A stretch of DNA of 64,000 nucleotides, from positions 16,913 through 80,912 of the forward strand of contig JBKBRF010000032.1 in assembly GCA_046292385.1 (NCBI GenBank), given 5' to 3'. Shown here one piece after another: positions 1 through 9,401 of the stretch. This DNA comes from Armatimonadota bacterium. Its GTDB lineage: Bacteria; Armatimonadota; SYMT01. Both the position numbers and the translations under genes were made by a program. The notes below the pieces were generated by a model. The model saw only the letters and a program-made list of their open reading frames with translations. It was not told where the DNA came from and did no database searches. The first letter of the stretch is position 1, and each line of letters begins with the position of its first letter.

Positions 1-79
1 CCGGCTCCACCGGCTCGAACCAGCTCAGCCCACTCGCTTCCCGCCGCACGTGTCCGGCGGTCAGGGTCTCCATTGCCAT
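1..79 (-). CDS. 5' fragment of a gene running off the window start (MAMETLTAGHVRREASGLSWFEP...), function unknown
   Basis: ATG at 79 on minus strand, open to position 1, co-directional downstream of the radical SAM gene; too short to assign. Confidence 0.35.
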   Translation of the reverse strand, partial: MAMETLTAGHVRREASGLSWFEPVEP

Positions 80-152
80 CGTGCGTCCTACAGAGAAAGA
101 CGGGCGGTGCGCGGCGCAGCCGCGCGCCCGGTCGCTACCGCTGGGATCGAGA

Positions 153-1937
153 CTACCCCCAGTTGGCGTATTGCAGCTGCTTCCCGGCCTCGGCCGGGCT
201 CGGCTCGGCGCCGTGGGCGCCGTAGCGCCAGTTCTCCACGTCCCGGGTCTCGCGGTCGAGCTCGATCGCGCGCTGCCACTCCCGCCAGAGATACTCCTTC
301 TTCACTCCCAGGTGGATGTGCTCCCAGGGGAGGATCTCCTCGAACGGGCGTGGACGGCAGGCATACCACTCGCCGTCGATCCCGGCGTCCCGGAACGCCG
401 CCTTCCAGTTCCCGCCGTTCCGGTGCGCCTCCAGCAGCGCCGCCGCCACCCGGCGGTCCGCCGTGGAGAGGACGGCCTGCACGAAGGAGCCGCGGACGCT
501 GTCGACCGTAAACTCCAACTTCGGGTTCGCCTTCCGCACCGCCTTGCCCACCGCCTTGAGCCGCCGCTCCACTTCGGAGGGGGCAAACGACCCCGCCCAC
601 TGGTAGGCGGTGTGCGGCTTCGGCACGAACGGGTGAAGGGTGAGCGTGACCTTGCGGAACTTGCCGGCCTGCTGCACCCGGTGCGAGAGCTCCGCGATCG
701 CCAGGAGGTCGCTCTCCTGCTCGCACGGCAGCCCCACGATGTAGTAGAGCTTGATCCGCTCCACCCCCACGGCCGCGCTCCGCTCCGCCGCGACGACCAC
801 GTCGTCGTCGGTGACGTGCTTGCGAGCGACGTACCGCAGCCGCTCCGAGCCGGTCTCCGGCGCGATGGTGACCGTCTTCTGTCCCGCCTCGCCGATGGCG
901 CACGCCACGTCCTCGCTCAGGTTGTCCGCGCGGAGGCTGCCGAGGGAGACACCCTCCGCCTTCTGCGCCAGGCCGCGGGTGATGTCGACGATCTTCTTGT
1001 GGTCGGTCAGGGAGCTTCCCACCAGGCCGACGCGGAGCTGCACCAGCTCCTGCTCCTGCCGCTTCGCGAACTCCCGCTCCAACTGCTCCGGCGGCGTGTA
1101 GCGCACCGGGCGGTACGCGTAGCCGGCGAAGCAGAAGCGGCAGCCCTGTCCGCAGCCGCGGGCGGTCTCCGCGAGAAACAGGTTGCTGAACTCCGTGTTC
1201 GGCGTGAGGATCTGCGCGCTGGTGTTGTACTTGTGCAGATCCCGCGCCACCCAGCGGCGCACCGGCATCGGCGCGTCGTCCTGCGGGACGATCTCCGCGA
1301 TCGTCCCGTCCTCGTGGTAGCGGAACTCGTAGAGCGCCGGGACGTAGACGCCCTGGATCTGGCTGAGCCGGCGCAGCAGCGCGCGCTTGTCGTTCCAGCC
1401 GCCGGCCGCGTCCAGATGCTCCCGGATCGCCGGGATCAGGTGGTCGGTCAGGCCCTCTGCCTCCCCGATGATCACGGCGTCGACGAACGGCGCCACCGCC
1501 TCCGGGTTCACCCAAGGCGCAGGACCGCCCATGATCACCAGCGGGTAGGTCTCGTCCCGCTCCTCCGCCAGCAGCGGCAGCCCGGAGAGCTCCAGCATCT
1601 TCAGGACGTTCAGGTAGTCCATCTCGAACGAGACGGAGAAGCCGAGCACGTCGAACTCCCCCACCGGCCGCTGGCTCTCCCAGGAGAGGAGCGGCGTGTG
1701 GCTGCGCGCGTGCTCCTGCTCCTCCGCCGGATCCGGCAGGAAGGTCCGCTCGCAAACGGTGTCGTCCCGCTCGTTCAGCAGCCGGTAGACGAGCTGGTAG
1801 CCGAGGTTCGACATCCCCAGGCGGTAGCTGTTGGGGAAGGCGAGCGCGAACCGCAGCCGGTCGCCGTCCGGTTTATAGAGGGTGCCGCGCTCTTCCGAGA
1901 GCAGCTTCTTGATGTTCTGTGTAAGCTTGAATGACAT
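153..1937 (-). CDS. Radical SAM protein (B12-binding-like N-terminus, TIGR03960-like)
   Basis: RGCGQGCRFC CxxxCxxC motif; N-terminal FPNSYRLGMSNLG; TIAPETGSERLR and PFVPKPHT motifs typical of this family. Confidence 0.85.
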   Translation of the reverse strand: MSFKLTQNIKKLLSEERGTLYKPDGDRLRFALAFPNSYRLGMSNLGYQLVYRLLNERDDTVCERTFLPDPAEEQEHARSHTPLLSWESQRPVGEFDVLGFSVSFEMDYLNVLKMLELSGLPLLAEERDETYPLVIMGGPAPWVNPEAVAPFVDAVIIGEAEGLTDHLIPAIREHLDAAGGWNDKRALLRRLSQIQGVYVPALYEFRYHEDGTIAEIVPQDDAPMPVRRWVARDLHKYNTSAQILTPNTEFSNLFLAETARGCGQGCRFCFAGYAYRPVRYTPPEQLEREFAKRQEQELVQLRVGLVGSSLTDHKKIVDITRGLAQKAEGVSLGSLRADNLSEDVACAIGEAGQKTVTIAPETGSERLRYVARKHVTDDDVVVAAERSAAVGVERIKLYYIVGLPCEQESDLLAIAELSHRVQQAGKFRKVTLTLHPFVPKPHTAYQWAGSFAPSEVERRLKAVGKAVRKANPKLEFTVDSVRGSFVQAVLSTADRRVAAALLEAHRNGGNWKAAFRDAGIDGEWYACRPRPFEEILPWEHIHLGVKKEYLWREWQRAIELDRETRDVENWRYGAHGAEPSPAEAGKQLQYANWG

Positions 1938-2095
1938 CCGAAATGTGAGGCAGATTCGTAACTCTTCTAAGATTTTCCAGGGCTAAGTTAACCACGTGCC
2001 GCGGAGCAAGTCCAGCACGGGCGCCCGGCTCCCCGCGCGGCGAGTGAGCGACCGACAATCTTCCCGGCGCTCCCCTCTGCGGCAGCAGCAACCTC

Positions 2096-3265
2096 ATGAA
2101 CCAGGTCAATCAGCGTCACGATTTCCTCGCGGTGGCCCGCGTGGCCCAGCACGTCTGGGTCGCCGCGGCGTTCGTCTTCGTCTGGCTCCACTTCTCCGTG
2201 GCGCGGGAGTACCAGTCGTGGGTCATCTACTCCCTCTACTTCCTCGCCATCGCGGGGGTGGCACTCCGCTATCTTACCGGCATCCGCCACGGTCATGAGC
2301 GCTGGCACCGCGTACTCTTCGACGCCCTCTCGATCCTCTTCATCGCCCTGGGGGTGAACCAGACCGGCGGGATCCTGAGCGAGCTGTGGCTGCTCTACTT
2401 CATCTTCGTGATTGCGGAGACGCTGGCGGCGAGCGCGCGGGGCGTGGTCGTTACGGACGCCGCGGCGATCCTGAGCTACGTGGTCGCCACCTGGCCGGTG
2501 CAGCCGAGCCAGCAGTACGTAGAGCTGCTCACCACGCGCGTCTTCTTCCTGGTGCTGGTCGCCTCGATCGCCCGCACCATCGCCCAGAACGAGAGCCGGC
2601 GCCAGGCAGACCTCGCCGCGCTGCGGGAGGCGCTGAGTGTGAGCGAGGAGCGCCGCCGCCTCGCGCGCGACCTGCACGACGGCATCGGGCACATCCTGAC
2701 CCGCGTGATCCTGAGCCTGGAGGTCGCCCGCCGGCAGTATGCCGCGGAGCCGGAAGCGGCGGAGACGGTGGCGCAGCAGACCACCGCGCTCCGGGGCGCG
2801 ATGGAGGAGATGCGGCAGATCGTCGCCACGCTCCGCACCGATACCGGCGTGTTCGACATCCGCACCGCGCTCCGGGCGATGGCGGCGGAGCTGGGGGAGT
2901 CGGAATCGCTACACCTCCGGCTGGAGCTGCCGGAGGAGGCGCTGCCGCTCTCGCCGCACCGCCAGTACCACCTCTCCCGGGTGATGCAGGAGGCGATCAC
3001 CAACTGCCTGCGGCACGCCGGCGTCGACGAGGCGTTCGTCTCGATCCGCGTAGAAGAGGCGCCGGTGGGGCCGGACCGGGTGGTCGCCGTGGTGGAGGAC
3101 CATGGGCGCGGCTTCGATCCGGAGCACCTGGAGGGGCGGTCGCGTCACGGGCTGCAGGGCATGTCGGAGCGGCTGGTGCCGTATGGCGGGAAGGTAAGCG
3201 TCACCTCCCGTCCGGGACGCGGCACGCGAGTGATGGCCGAGCTTCCGGCCGACGCGGCGCAGTAG
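2096..3265 (+). CDS. Membrane sensor histidine kinase (HisKA_3, NarX/DesK-like)
   Basis: N-terminal TM helices; ERRRLARDLHDGIGH H-box; QEAITNCLRHA N-box; DHGRGF and GLQGM G-boxes. Confidence 0.93.
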   Translation: MNQVNQRHDFLAVARVAQHVWVAAAFVFVWLHFSVAREYQSWVIYSLYFLAIAGVALRYLTGIRHGHERWHRVLFDALSILFIALGVNQTGGILSELWLLYFIFVIAETLAASARGVVVTDAAAILSYVVATWPVQPSQQYVELLTTRVFFLVLVASIARTIAQNESRRQADLAALREALSVSEERRRLARDLHDGIGHILTRVILSLEVARRQYAAEPEAAETVAQQTTALRGAMEEMRQIVATLRTDTGVFDIRTALRAMAAELGESESLHLRLELPEEALPLSPHRQYHLSRVMQEAITNCLRHAGVDEAFVSIRVEEAPVGPDRVVAVVEDHGRGFDPEHLEGRSRHGLQGMSERLVPYGGKVSVTSRPGRGTRVMAELPADAAQ

Positions 3266-3293
3266 CGAGACAATGGGAGTAACAGGAGGCGCG

Positions 3294-3944
3294 ATGGACA
3301 AGGTGCGGGTGCTGATTGCCGAAGATGAGGCGATGACACGCGAGCTGCTGGCGCGCCTGATCTCGATGGAGCCGGACATCGAGGTGGTAGGCCAGGCAGC
3401 GAACGGCAAAGAAGCGGTGGCGCTCTGCCGCAAGCTCCTGCCGGACGTGGTGCTGACCGACATCAAGATGCCGGAGATGAACGGCCTGGACGCCACCAAG
3501 CTGATCAAGACGGAGATGCCGAGCGTGCAGGTGGTGATCCTGACGATCCACCACGAGGATACGAACGTCTTCGAAGCGATCAAGGCGGGCGCCCGCGGCT
3601 ACGTGCTCAAGGAGAGCCCGCCGGAGCAGACGGTCGCCGCCATCCGCGCCGTGGCGCGCGGCGAGGCGCTGCTCCACCCCTCCATCGCCAGCCGGGTGAT
3701 CGCGGAGTTCAGCCGCTTGAGCGACCAGCACGAGGAGGACCTGCGGCTCTATACTCAGCTCACCGACCGCGAACGGGAGGTGCTGAAGCTGCTCGCCCAG
3801 GGCAAGCGCAACCGGGAGATCGCCGACGAGCTGTTCATCGCCGAGAAGACGGTGAAGAACCACGTGAGCAACATCCTCTGGAAGCTGGAGTGCAACGACC
3901 GCACCCAGGCCGCCCTGTTCGCCGCGCGGGTGAAGCTGAGTTGA
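3294..3944 (+). CDS. NarL/LuxR-family response regulator
   Basis: REC domain (VLIAEDE, DVVLTDIKMP, GYVLK) plus LuxR HTH (LTDREREVL..GKRNREIA..TVKNHVSNI); SD CAGGAGG before ATG 3294. Confidence 0.95.
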   Translation: MDKVRVLIAEDEAMTRELLARLISMEPDIEVVGQAANGKEAVALCRKLLPDVVLTDIKMPEMNGLDATKLIKTEMPSVQVVILTIHHEDTNVFEAIKAGARGYVLKESPPEQTVAAIRAVARGEALLHPSIASRVIAEFSRLSDQHEEDLRLYTQLTDREREVLKLLAQGKRNREIADELFIAEKTVKNHVSNILWKLECNDRTQAALFAARVKLS

Positions 3945-3986
3945 CCCCCGGCACTTTTCATCGCCATCGGTCCGAGATGCCCATCG

Positions 3987-4562
3987 GTGACTGAGCACGA
4001 CTCCGTTTCCAGACCCGCGGCCGCCGTAAAGACCGCGTATGCGATCCCGGCGGATGCCGAGGAGCTGTGCGAGCTGTACCTGGACGCGGTCTACCGCTAT
4101 ATCCGGCGGCGGGTCGAGAGCGAGGCGGACGCGGAGGACCTGACGAGCGACACGATGGCGGCGGCCTGCGCGCAGCTCTCCCGCTTCCGGGGCGACTGCC
4201 CGGTGGAGTACTGGCTCTACGGCATCGCGCGCCGGCAGATCTCCTCGCTTCGGCGCCGCTTCCGCCGCCGGCGCGAGGTTCCGATCGACGCGCATTCGGT
4301 GGAAAGCACTCCCGCGCCTCCCTCCGCGGACCCGGCACACCGGGTGATCCAGGAGGAGCGGTATCACCGGATGCGGCAGCTCGTCGCCTCGCTCAAGTCG
4401 GACCACCGCGAGGTCCTGCTGCTGAAGTACCGAGAGGGCCTGAGCCTGGATCAGATCGCCGCGCTACTCGGGCGGTCCCACGCCGCCGTGAACAGCCTTC
4501 TCCAGCGCGCACGGAGCGCCGTCCGGGAAAAGGGCCGCGCCTACTTCCTCGATCTCGACTGA
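3987..4562 (+). CDS. ECF RNA polymerase sigma factor
   Basis: Region 2 (VYRYIRRRV..DAEDLT..WLYGIARR) and region 4 (REVLLLKYREGLSLDQIA..RAR). Confidence 0.9.
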   Translation: MTEHDSVSRPAAAVKTAYAIPADAEELCELYLDAVYRYIRRRVESEADAEDLTSDTMAAACAQLSRFRGDCPVEYWLYGIARRQISSLRRRFRRRREVPIDAHSVESTPAPPSADPAHRVIQEERYHRMRQLVASLKSDHREVLLLKYREGLSLDQIAALLGRSHAAVNSLLQRARSAVREKGRAYFLDLD

Positions 4563-4643
4563 TCCCGATGTTGCTTTCAAGATCACAACCGCAGAACCGG
4601 CTCCAGCATCCCTACTTGTCGGCGGAGCCACCGAGGAACGCCG

Positions 4644-5477
4644 ATGCCGGATAACCCGCGCACGGGTGCTGCCGATGAGACGCGCTTCGAGCGGGAGCTA
4701 CCGGAGCTGCTGGGCGGCGCCTTCCCGGACGAGGCCGCGCCGCCCGAGCTGCGGGCGCGGGTCCTGGCCCGCGTCCGAGCCCAGCAGCAGCCTGGTGTCC
4801 GGACTCCGGAGCGCCGGCGCCTGGTGGCGCGGATGGCACTCGCCCTGGTGGTGCTGGTGCTGGCAGCCATCGGCCTCGCCACCCTCGCCCCGCGCCACGT
4901 GGAGGCAGAGCTGTTCGAGGACATGGAGGCGTCACTCTCATCGGTGAAGAGCGCACACTTTACCACGTGGGAGCTGGAGGCCGGAAAACGCCGCAACCGG
5001 ACGCACGAGATCTGGTTTCAAGCCGGTCTGTGGCGCCTGGAAAGGGGCGAGGATACGCAGATTTTCCGCGACGGCACCCTGTGGATCTACCACCATCAGC
5101 GGCGGAGCTGGACCCGAGAGAATCGCAAGAGCCCGTTTCACGTGGCGCCCACCGGCTTCTCTCCCGCCGCCATGGTCCACAGCTCTCTACGGGCGGGGTA
5201 CCAGCAGAGCGTTCACTTTCTGGAGCGCGGGCGCTGGGGTGGACGTGAAGTACACCTCTTCGCCCTCCAGGGAGGCTATGAGCGGGAACGACTGGTGCTC
5301 GCCGTCAACCCCAAGACGCAACTCCCGGTCGGGTGGACCATACAGGCGCGGGATGGCGAGCAGTGGATCGATCGGTCGATCACCGAGGCCGAATTCGGCA
5401 GCGTGCTTCCGGACGAGCTGTTCCGCCTGCCTCCCTCCGCGAAGGACGCGAAGCTCCGCAAGCCCCAGCGGCCGTAG
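4644..5477 (+). CDS. Putative anti-sigma factor (one TM helix, LolA-like extracytoplasmic domain)
   Basis: Directly downstream of ECF sigma; short cytoplasmic N-terminus, one hydrophobic helix, beta-rich C-terminus ending LPDELFRLP. Confidence 0.6.
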   Translation: MPDNPRTGAADETRFERELPELLGGAFPDEAAPPELRARVLARVRAQQQPGVRTPERRRLVARMALALVVLVLAAIGLATLAPRHVEAELFEDMEASLSSVKSAHFTTWELEAGKRRNRTHEIWFQAGLWRLERGEDTQIFRDGTLWIYHHQRRSWTRENRKSPFHVAPTGFSPAAMVHSSLRAGYQQSVHFLERGRWGGREVHLFALQGGYERERLVLAVNPKTQLPVGWTIQARDGEQWIDRSITEAEFGSVLPDELFRLPPSAKDAKLRKPQRP

Positions 5478-5514
5478 CTCCGCGCTGCGACCGGAACACC
5501 CCCCGAGGCCGCAG

Positions 5515-7020
5515 CTACAGCCCGTAGATCTCGCCGAACTTCGTCTTGAGGTAGCCCAGGTAGGGAGCCGTCTGCAGTTCGCTGCCGGTGACCTGCCGCA
5601 CCAGCTCCGCGGGGAGCAGCTTGCGGCCGTACTGGTGGACATTCTCCCGCAGCCAGCCGAGCAGCGGGCCGAACTCACCGCGATAGATGTCGTCCGGGAT
5701 CGAAGGCACGTCGGAAACCGCCTTCTCGAAGAGCTGGACCGAGAGGACGTTCCCCAGGGAGTAGGTTGGGAAGTAGCCGAGAATGCCGATCGACCAGTGG
5801 ACGTCCTGCAGGATGCCCTCCCGGTTGCTGGGCGGCGTGACGCCCAGGTACTCGCGGTACTTGGCGTTCCACGCGTCCGGGGCGTCCGCAACGGAGAGCC
5901 GCCCGTCCAGCAGCGCGTTCTCCATCTCGTAGCGGATGATGATGTGGAGGTTGTAGGTCACCTCGTCGGCCTCCACGCGGATCAGGGACGGCTGCACCCG
6001 GTTGATCGCCCGGTAGAAGCTCTCCAGGTCGGCGCCGCCCAGCGCGTCCGGGAACGCCTCCTGCACCCGGGGGAAGTAGTGGCTCCAGAAGCCGCGGCTG
6101 CGGCCCACCAGGTTCTCCCAGAGGCGCGACTGGCTCTCATGCACCCCCAGCGACGCGCCGTTCGCCAGGAGCGTGCCCTCCAGCGACTGCGAGACGCCCT
6201 GCTCGTACATCGCGTGGCCCATCTCGTGCAGGCAGCCGAAGAACGCCTGCGGGAAGAACTTCTCGTCGTAGCGGGTCGTGATCCGCACGTCGTTGATCGA
6301 AAAGCTGGTGCAGAACGGGTGCACCGAAGGGTCCATCCGGCCGCGCTCGAAGTCGTACCCGCACGCCTTCAGCACCTGCTCGGCGAGCTTCCGCTGCGTC
6401 TCCACCGGGTAATCGCGGTGAAGGATGCCGGCATCGACGCGCTCGACCCGCTCGAAGATCGCTCGGGAGAGCGGGATGATCTCCTGCTTCAGCTCTCCGA
6501 AGACCCGGTCGAGCTCCGCGGAGGTCATCCCCGCCTCGTACTGGTCCAGCAGCGCGTCGTAGAGCCGGTCGGTGTAGCCCAGCGCCTCCGCCAGCCGCCG
6601 CTCCAGCTCCAGGATCCGCTCCAGCCACGGCGCGAAGGCGGGGAAGTCATCCGCCGCGCGCGCCTTCGCCCACTCCTCCTGCGCCAGCGAGGTCACGCGC
6701 GAGATCTCGGTCACCAACTCGGTCGGGACCTTCGTCGCGTGGTCGAAGTCGCGCCGCGCCATCCGGACGTACGCCGCGTCGTCGCTCACCAGCGGGGCAC
6801 CCTGCACCTCCGCCTCCGCGTGCGAGAGGAGATCGCCGGTCTCGTCCGCCGTGAAGATCTGGTGCGACAGCTTCGCCAGCGCCGCCGTCTGCTCCGCCCG
6901 CGCCGCCACGCCGCCCGGCGGCATGTAGGTCTGCTGGTCCCAGCCGAGCACGGAGCCGGCCATGTTCAGGTGGTGGACGTCGGCAAGGCGGGACTTCAGC
7001 TGGGCGAGGGCGTCACTCAT
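5515..7020 (-). CDS. Carboxypeptidase Taq-like, peptidase M32
   Basis: HPF, DVRITTR, HEMGH, HESQS, IRVEADE, GILQDVHW, GYFPTY motifs. Confidence 0.96.
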   Translation of the reverse strand: MSDALAQLKSRLADVHHLNMAGSVLGWDQQTYMPPGGVAARAEQTAALAKLSHQIFTADETGDLLSHAEAEVQGAPLVSDDAAYVRMARRDFDHATKVPTELVTEISRVTSLAQEEWAKARAADDFPAFAPWLERILELERRLAEALGYTDRLYDALLDQYEAGMTSAELDRVFGELKQEIIPLSRAIFERVERVDAGILHRDYPVETQRKLAEQVLKACGYDFERGRMDPSVHPFCTSFSINDVRITTRYDEKFFPQAFFGCLHEMGHAMYEQGVSQSLEGTLLANGASLGVHESQSRLWENLVGRSRGFWSHYFPRVQEAFPDALGGADLESFYRAINRVQPSLIRVEADEVTYNLHIIIRYEMENALLDGRLSVADAPDAWNAKYREYLGVTPPSNREGILQDVHWSIGILGYFPTYSLGNVLSVQLFEKAVSDVPSIPDDIYRGEFGPLLGWLRENVHQYGRKLLPAELVRQVTGSELQTAPYLGYLKTKFGEIYGL

Positions 7021-7062
7021 CGTTGGCTGCTCCAGAAGCGGGTGGTTGAGGGTGGCTTCCCT

Positions 7063-7068
7063 ATTATA
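7063..7068 (-). promoter_or_regulatory. Putative -10 element (TATAAT) of the M32 gene
   Basis: Exact TATAAT on minus strand ~40 bp upstream of start in high-GC context. Confidence 0.5.
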
Positions 7069-7114
7069 CCGGGCCGCTCACGGGGCCTCGGCAGAGTGTA
7101 AGAAAAGGAGATAA

Positions 7115-7413
7115 GGGGATGGGGGACGGGGATGAGGGGGATGGGGAACCAACCGGACTTGGCCTCCTACTCCTTCTCGTTCTCCTTCTCTTTCTCAAGA
7201 GGCTGCCCGAAACCGAAAGCAGCCCAGCGTAAAGCGGGCGACTCGCGCCTGCCGGAGGTCCGGATTCATCCGTCATTCTTCCGCCTTCATCCTTCTCAAG
7301 CACGCCGGAAACACGATGGTCGCCAGCGAGCAGGAGCAAGAGCAAGAGTAGGAGCAGGACCTGCTGTTCACGGAGGGTTCGGATTCATCCCTCATCCCTC
7401 ATCCTTCATCCCT
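7115..7413. repeat. Cluster of degenerate short-period repeats (GGGGAT, GAGCAR/GAGTAR hexamers, TCATCCY heptamers)
   Basis: gagcaggagcaagagcaagagtaggagcagga at ~7328-7359; ttcatccctcatccctcatccttcatccct at ~7384-7413; related runs at 9357-9401, 35489-35522, 42550-42575. Confidence 0.75.
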
Positions 7414-7437
7414 CAGGTCTGGCCCTCTCCCGAGGCG

Positions 7438-7446
7438 TGCTATACT
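7438..7446 (+). promoter_or_regulatory. Putative extended -10 (TGCTATACT) of moaD-moaE
   Basis: TGn-TATACT ~57 bp upstream of ATG 7503. Confidence 0.45.
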
Positions 7447-7502
7447 TCCTCGTCTTCGGCCGGCCTCCCGCGCCACGGCCGGCTCTCTTTCCTGCTCCTG
7501 CC

Positions 7503-8201
7503 ATGCGCGTGAAGATCGAGCTGTTCGGAAGAGCTTCCACCCAGACCGGCTGCCGCGAGGTCGAGCTCGATCTCCCCGCCGGGGCCACCCTGCGCGACGC
7601 GGCCGGGGCGCTGGTGGAGCGGTTCCCGGTGCTGGACTGGATCCCTGGCCTCTGTCGGCCCGCGCGCAACCTGGAGTACGCGGCCTGGACCGACCCGGTC
7701 GAGGAGGGCGACGAGTTGAGCTTCATTCCCCCGGTAAGCGGCGGCGCGCCCGGCGAGGAAAAGCCCCGGGTGCTGGTCGAGATCCTCGATACCCCGCTCG
7801 ACCCCGCGCCGCTGGTCCGGTTCGTCGACGCGCCGGAGATGGGGGCGGTGGTCACCTTCAGCGGCAACGTGCGGAACCACAACCGCGGCCGCGAGGTGGA
7901 GTACCTGGAGTACGACGCCTACCGCCCGATGGCGGAGCGGGAGCTGCGCAAGATCGCCGAAGAGGCCGCCGAGCGCTGGCAGGCGCGGATCGCCATCCAG
8001 CACCGCCTGGGCCGCCTGGAGATCGGTGAGCCGAGCGTGCTGGTCGTCGCCGCCTGCGCCCACCGCGGCGATGCTTTCGAAGCCTGCCGCTATGTCATCG
8101 ACACCCTGAAGGAGCGCGTCCCGATCTGGAAGCGCGAGGTGTGGGTCGGCGGCGAAGCCTGGATCGAAGGCGAGCGCGACGCGCCCGTCCACGGGGAGTG
8201 A
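7503..8201 (+). CDS. moaE: Fused molybdopterin synthase MoaD-MoaE (MoaX-like)
   Basis: ThiS/MoaD domain ending GDELSFIPPVSGG fused in frame to MoaE (GAVVTFSGNVRNHN, LEYDAY, HRLGRL, KERVPIWKRE). Confidence 0.92.
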   Translation: MRVKIELFGRASTQTGCREVELDLPAGATLRDAAGALVERFPVLDWIPGLCRPARNLEYAAWTDPVEEGDELSFIPPVSGGAPGEEKPRVLVEILDTPLDPAPLVRFVDAPEMGAVVTFSGNVRNHNRGREVEYLEYDAYRPMAERELRKIAEEAAERWQARIAIQHRLGRLEIGEPSVLVVAACAHRGDAFEACRYVIDTLKERVPIWKREVWVGGEAWIEGERDAPVHGE

Positions 8202-8207
8202 TGATCT

Positions 8208-8504
8208 AACCGCCAGGCACGCCAGGATTCCGAACCTGACTCACCACAGAGCGCACAGAGGGCACAGAGAGGAACCGAAACCAGGGGAGGAGCCTGACCC
8301 GCCTGTCGAGTCCGTACAGCGGCCGCGGCCCGAACCTGACTCACCGCAGAGAACGCGAAGAGCGCAGAGGGAACGCAGAGGGGAACCAGAGGCTGCGCGG
8401 ATGGGCCTGATCCGCCTCACGAGTCCCGTACAGCGGCCCCGGCGTTTGTCCCTTCTGGTTCCTCTTTGCGTTCTTGGCGTCTTGGCGGTTCAATTCAGGT
8501 TCGG
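8208..8504. repeat. Composite intergenic repeat: two ~100-115 bp tandem units starting CCGAACCTGACTCACC, closed by an inverted end TCAGGTTCGG
   Basis: Units at ~8229-8330 and ~8330-8443 share start and gagtcc(c)gtacagcggcc end; internal CACAGAG/CGCAGAG and CGCCAAGA-type runs. Confidence 0.7.
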
Positions 8505-8512
8505 TAACCACG

Positions 8513-9178
8513 ATGTACTTCGCCCACGATACCCCTCCGCCCGGTCCTTTCCGGGCCGTCCTGTTCGACGTGGACGGGACGTTGATCGACACGGCGGAAC
8601 TGATTGCGGACGGGCTGGAGTACACCTGCCGGCTGCACCTGGGCCGCACCCACCCGCGCGAGGAGTACTACGCGCTGATCGGCAAGCCGGCGATCGTGCA
8701 GATGGAGATCCTGGGCGGGGACAAGGCGCCGGAGATGGTCGACACCGCCCTCGCCTACTACGAGGAGCACTCCGATCAGGAGAAGCCGTTCCCCGGGGCG
8801 CTGGACACGGTGGCGCGCCTCCACGAGCGCGGGATCCGCATCGGCCTGGTCACGAGTAAGCTGCGGATCGAACTCGATCCGACTCTCTCCCGGTTCCCGA
8901 TCCACCCGTTCGTGCGGGTGGTCGTCACGGCGGAGCAGACAACCCGCCCCAAGCCCTACCCGGACCCGGTCTACCTGGCGCTCCAGACGCTGCAGATCGG
9001 CGCGGAGGAAGTGCTCTTCATCGGGGACAGCCCGTACGACCTGCAGTCCGGCCGGGCCGCGGGGGTGAAGACCGGCGCCGCCACCTGGGGTCCGCACCCG
9101 CGCGCCACGCTGGAGGCGGAGGCGCCGGATTACACGTTCACGAGCTTCGGAGAGATCCTGCGGGTCTGCGGGATCTAG
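8513..9178 (+). CDS. HAD-superfamily hydrolase (PpaX/Gph-like)
   Basis: FDVDGTLIDT motif I, VTSK motif II, KPYPDP, IGDSPYD motif IV. Confidence 0.93.
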   Translation: MYFAHDTPPPGPFRAVLFDVDGTLIDTAELIADGLEYTCRLHLGRTHPREEYYALIGKPAIVQMEILGGDKAPEMVDTALAYYEEHSDQEKPFPGALDTVARLHERGIRIGLVTSKLRIELDPTLSRFPIHPFVRVVVTAEQTTRPKPYPDPVYLALQTLQIGAEEVLFIGDSPYDLQSGRAAGVKTGAATWGPHPRATLEAEAPDYTFTSFGEILRVCGI

Positions 9179-9215
9179 CTCTCAAGAGGGAAGACGGAAG
9201 AGGAAAGAAGGAAGA

Positions 9216-9312
9216 TCCGCCGCCCGTACCGGGGCGGGTGTCTCCGGCGGCAGGAGCCCGGGGGCTGCGCTGCGTTTCACCCCCGGCTAATCTCCCACGC
9301 CCCTCCCGGGCG
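9216..9312. repeat. REP-like palindromic element, copy A
   Basis: Matches reverse complement of 11753-11850 (ccgggggctgcgctgcg..caccc(c)cggcta..cgcccctcc(c)gggcg). Confidence 0.75.
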
Positions 9313-9401
9313 GTTGTCGAGGAGAGGTAGAGGGCTTCGGACTCATCCCGTTCGGAATTCATCCCTCATCCCTCATCCCTCACCCTTCCGCCCTCATCCC
9401 T

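Noticed and set aside
8229..8443. Tandem units as a mini-CRISPR
   Set aside because: Only two units, and the intervening sequences are homologous rather than unique spacers
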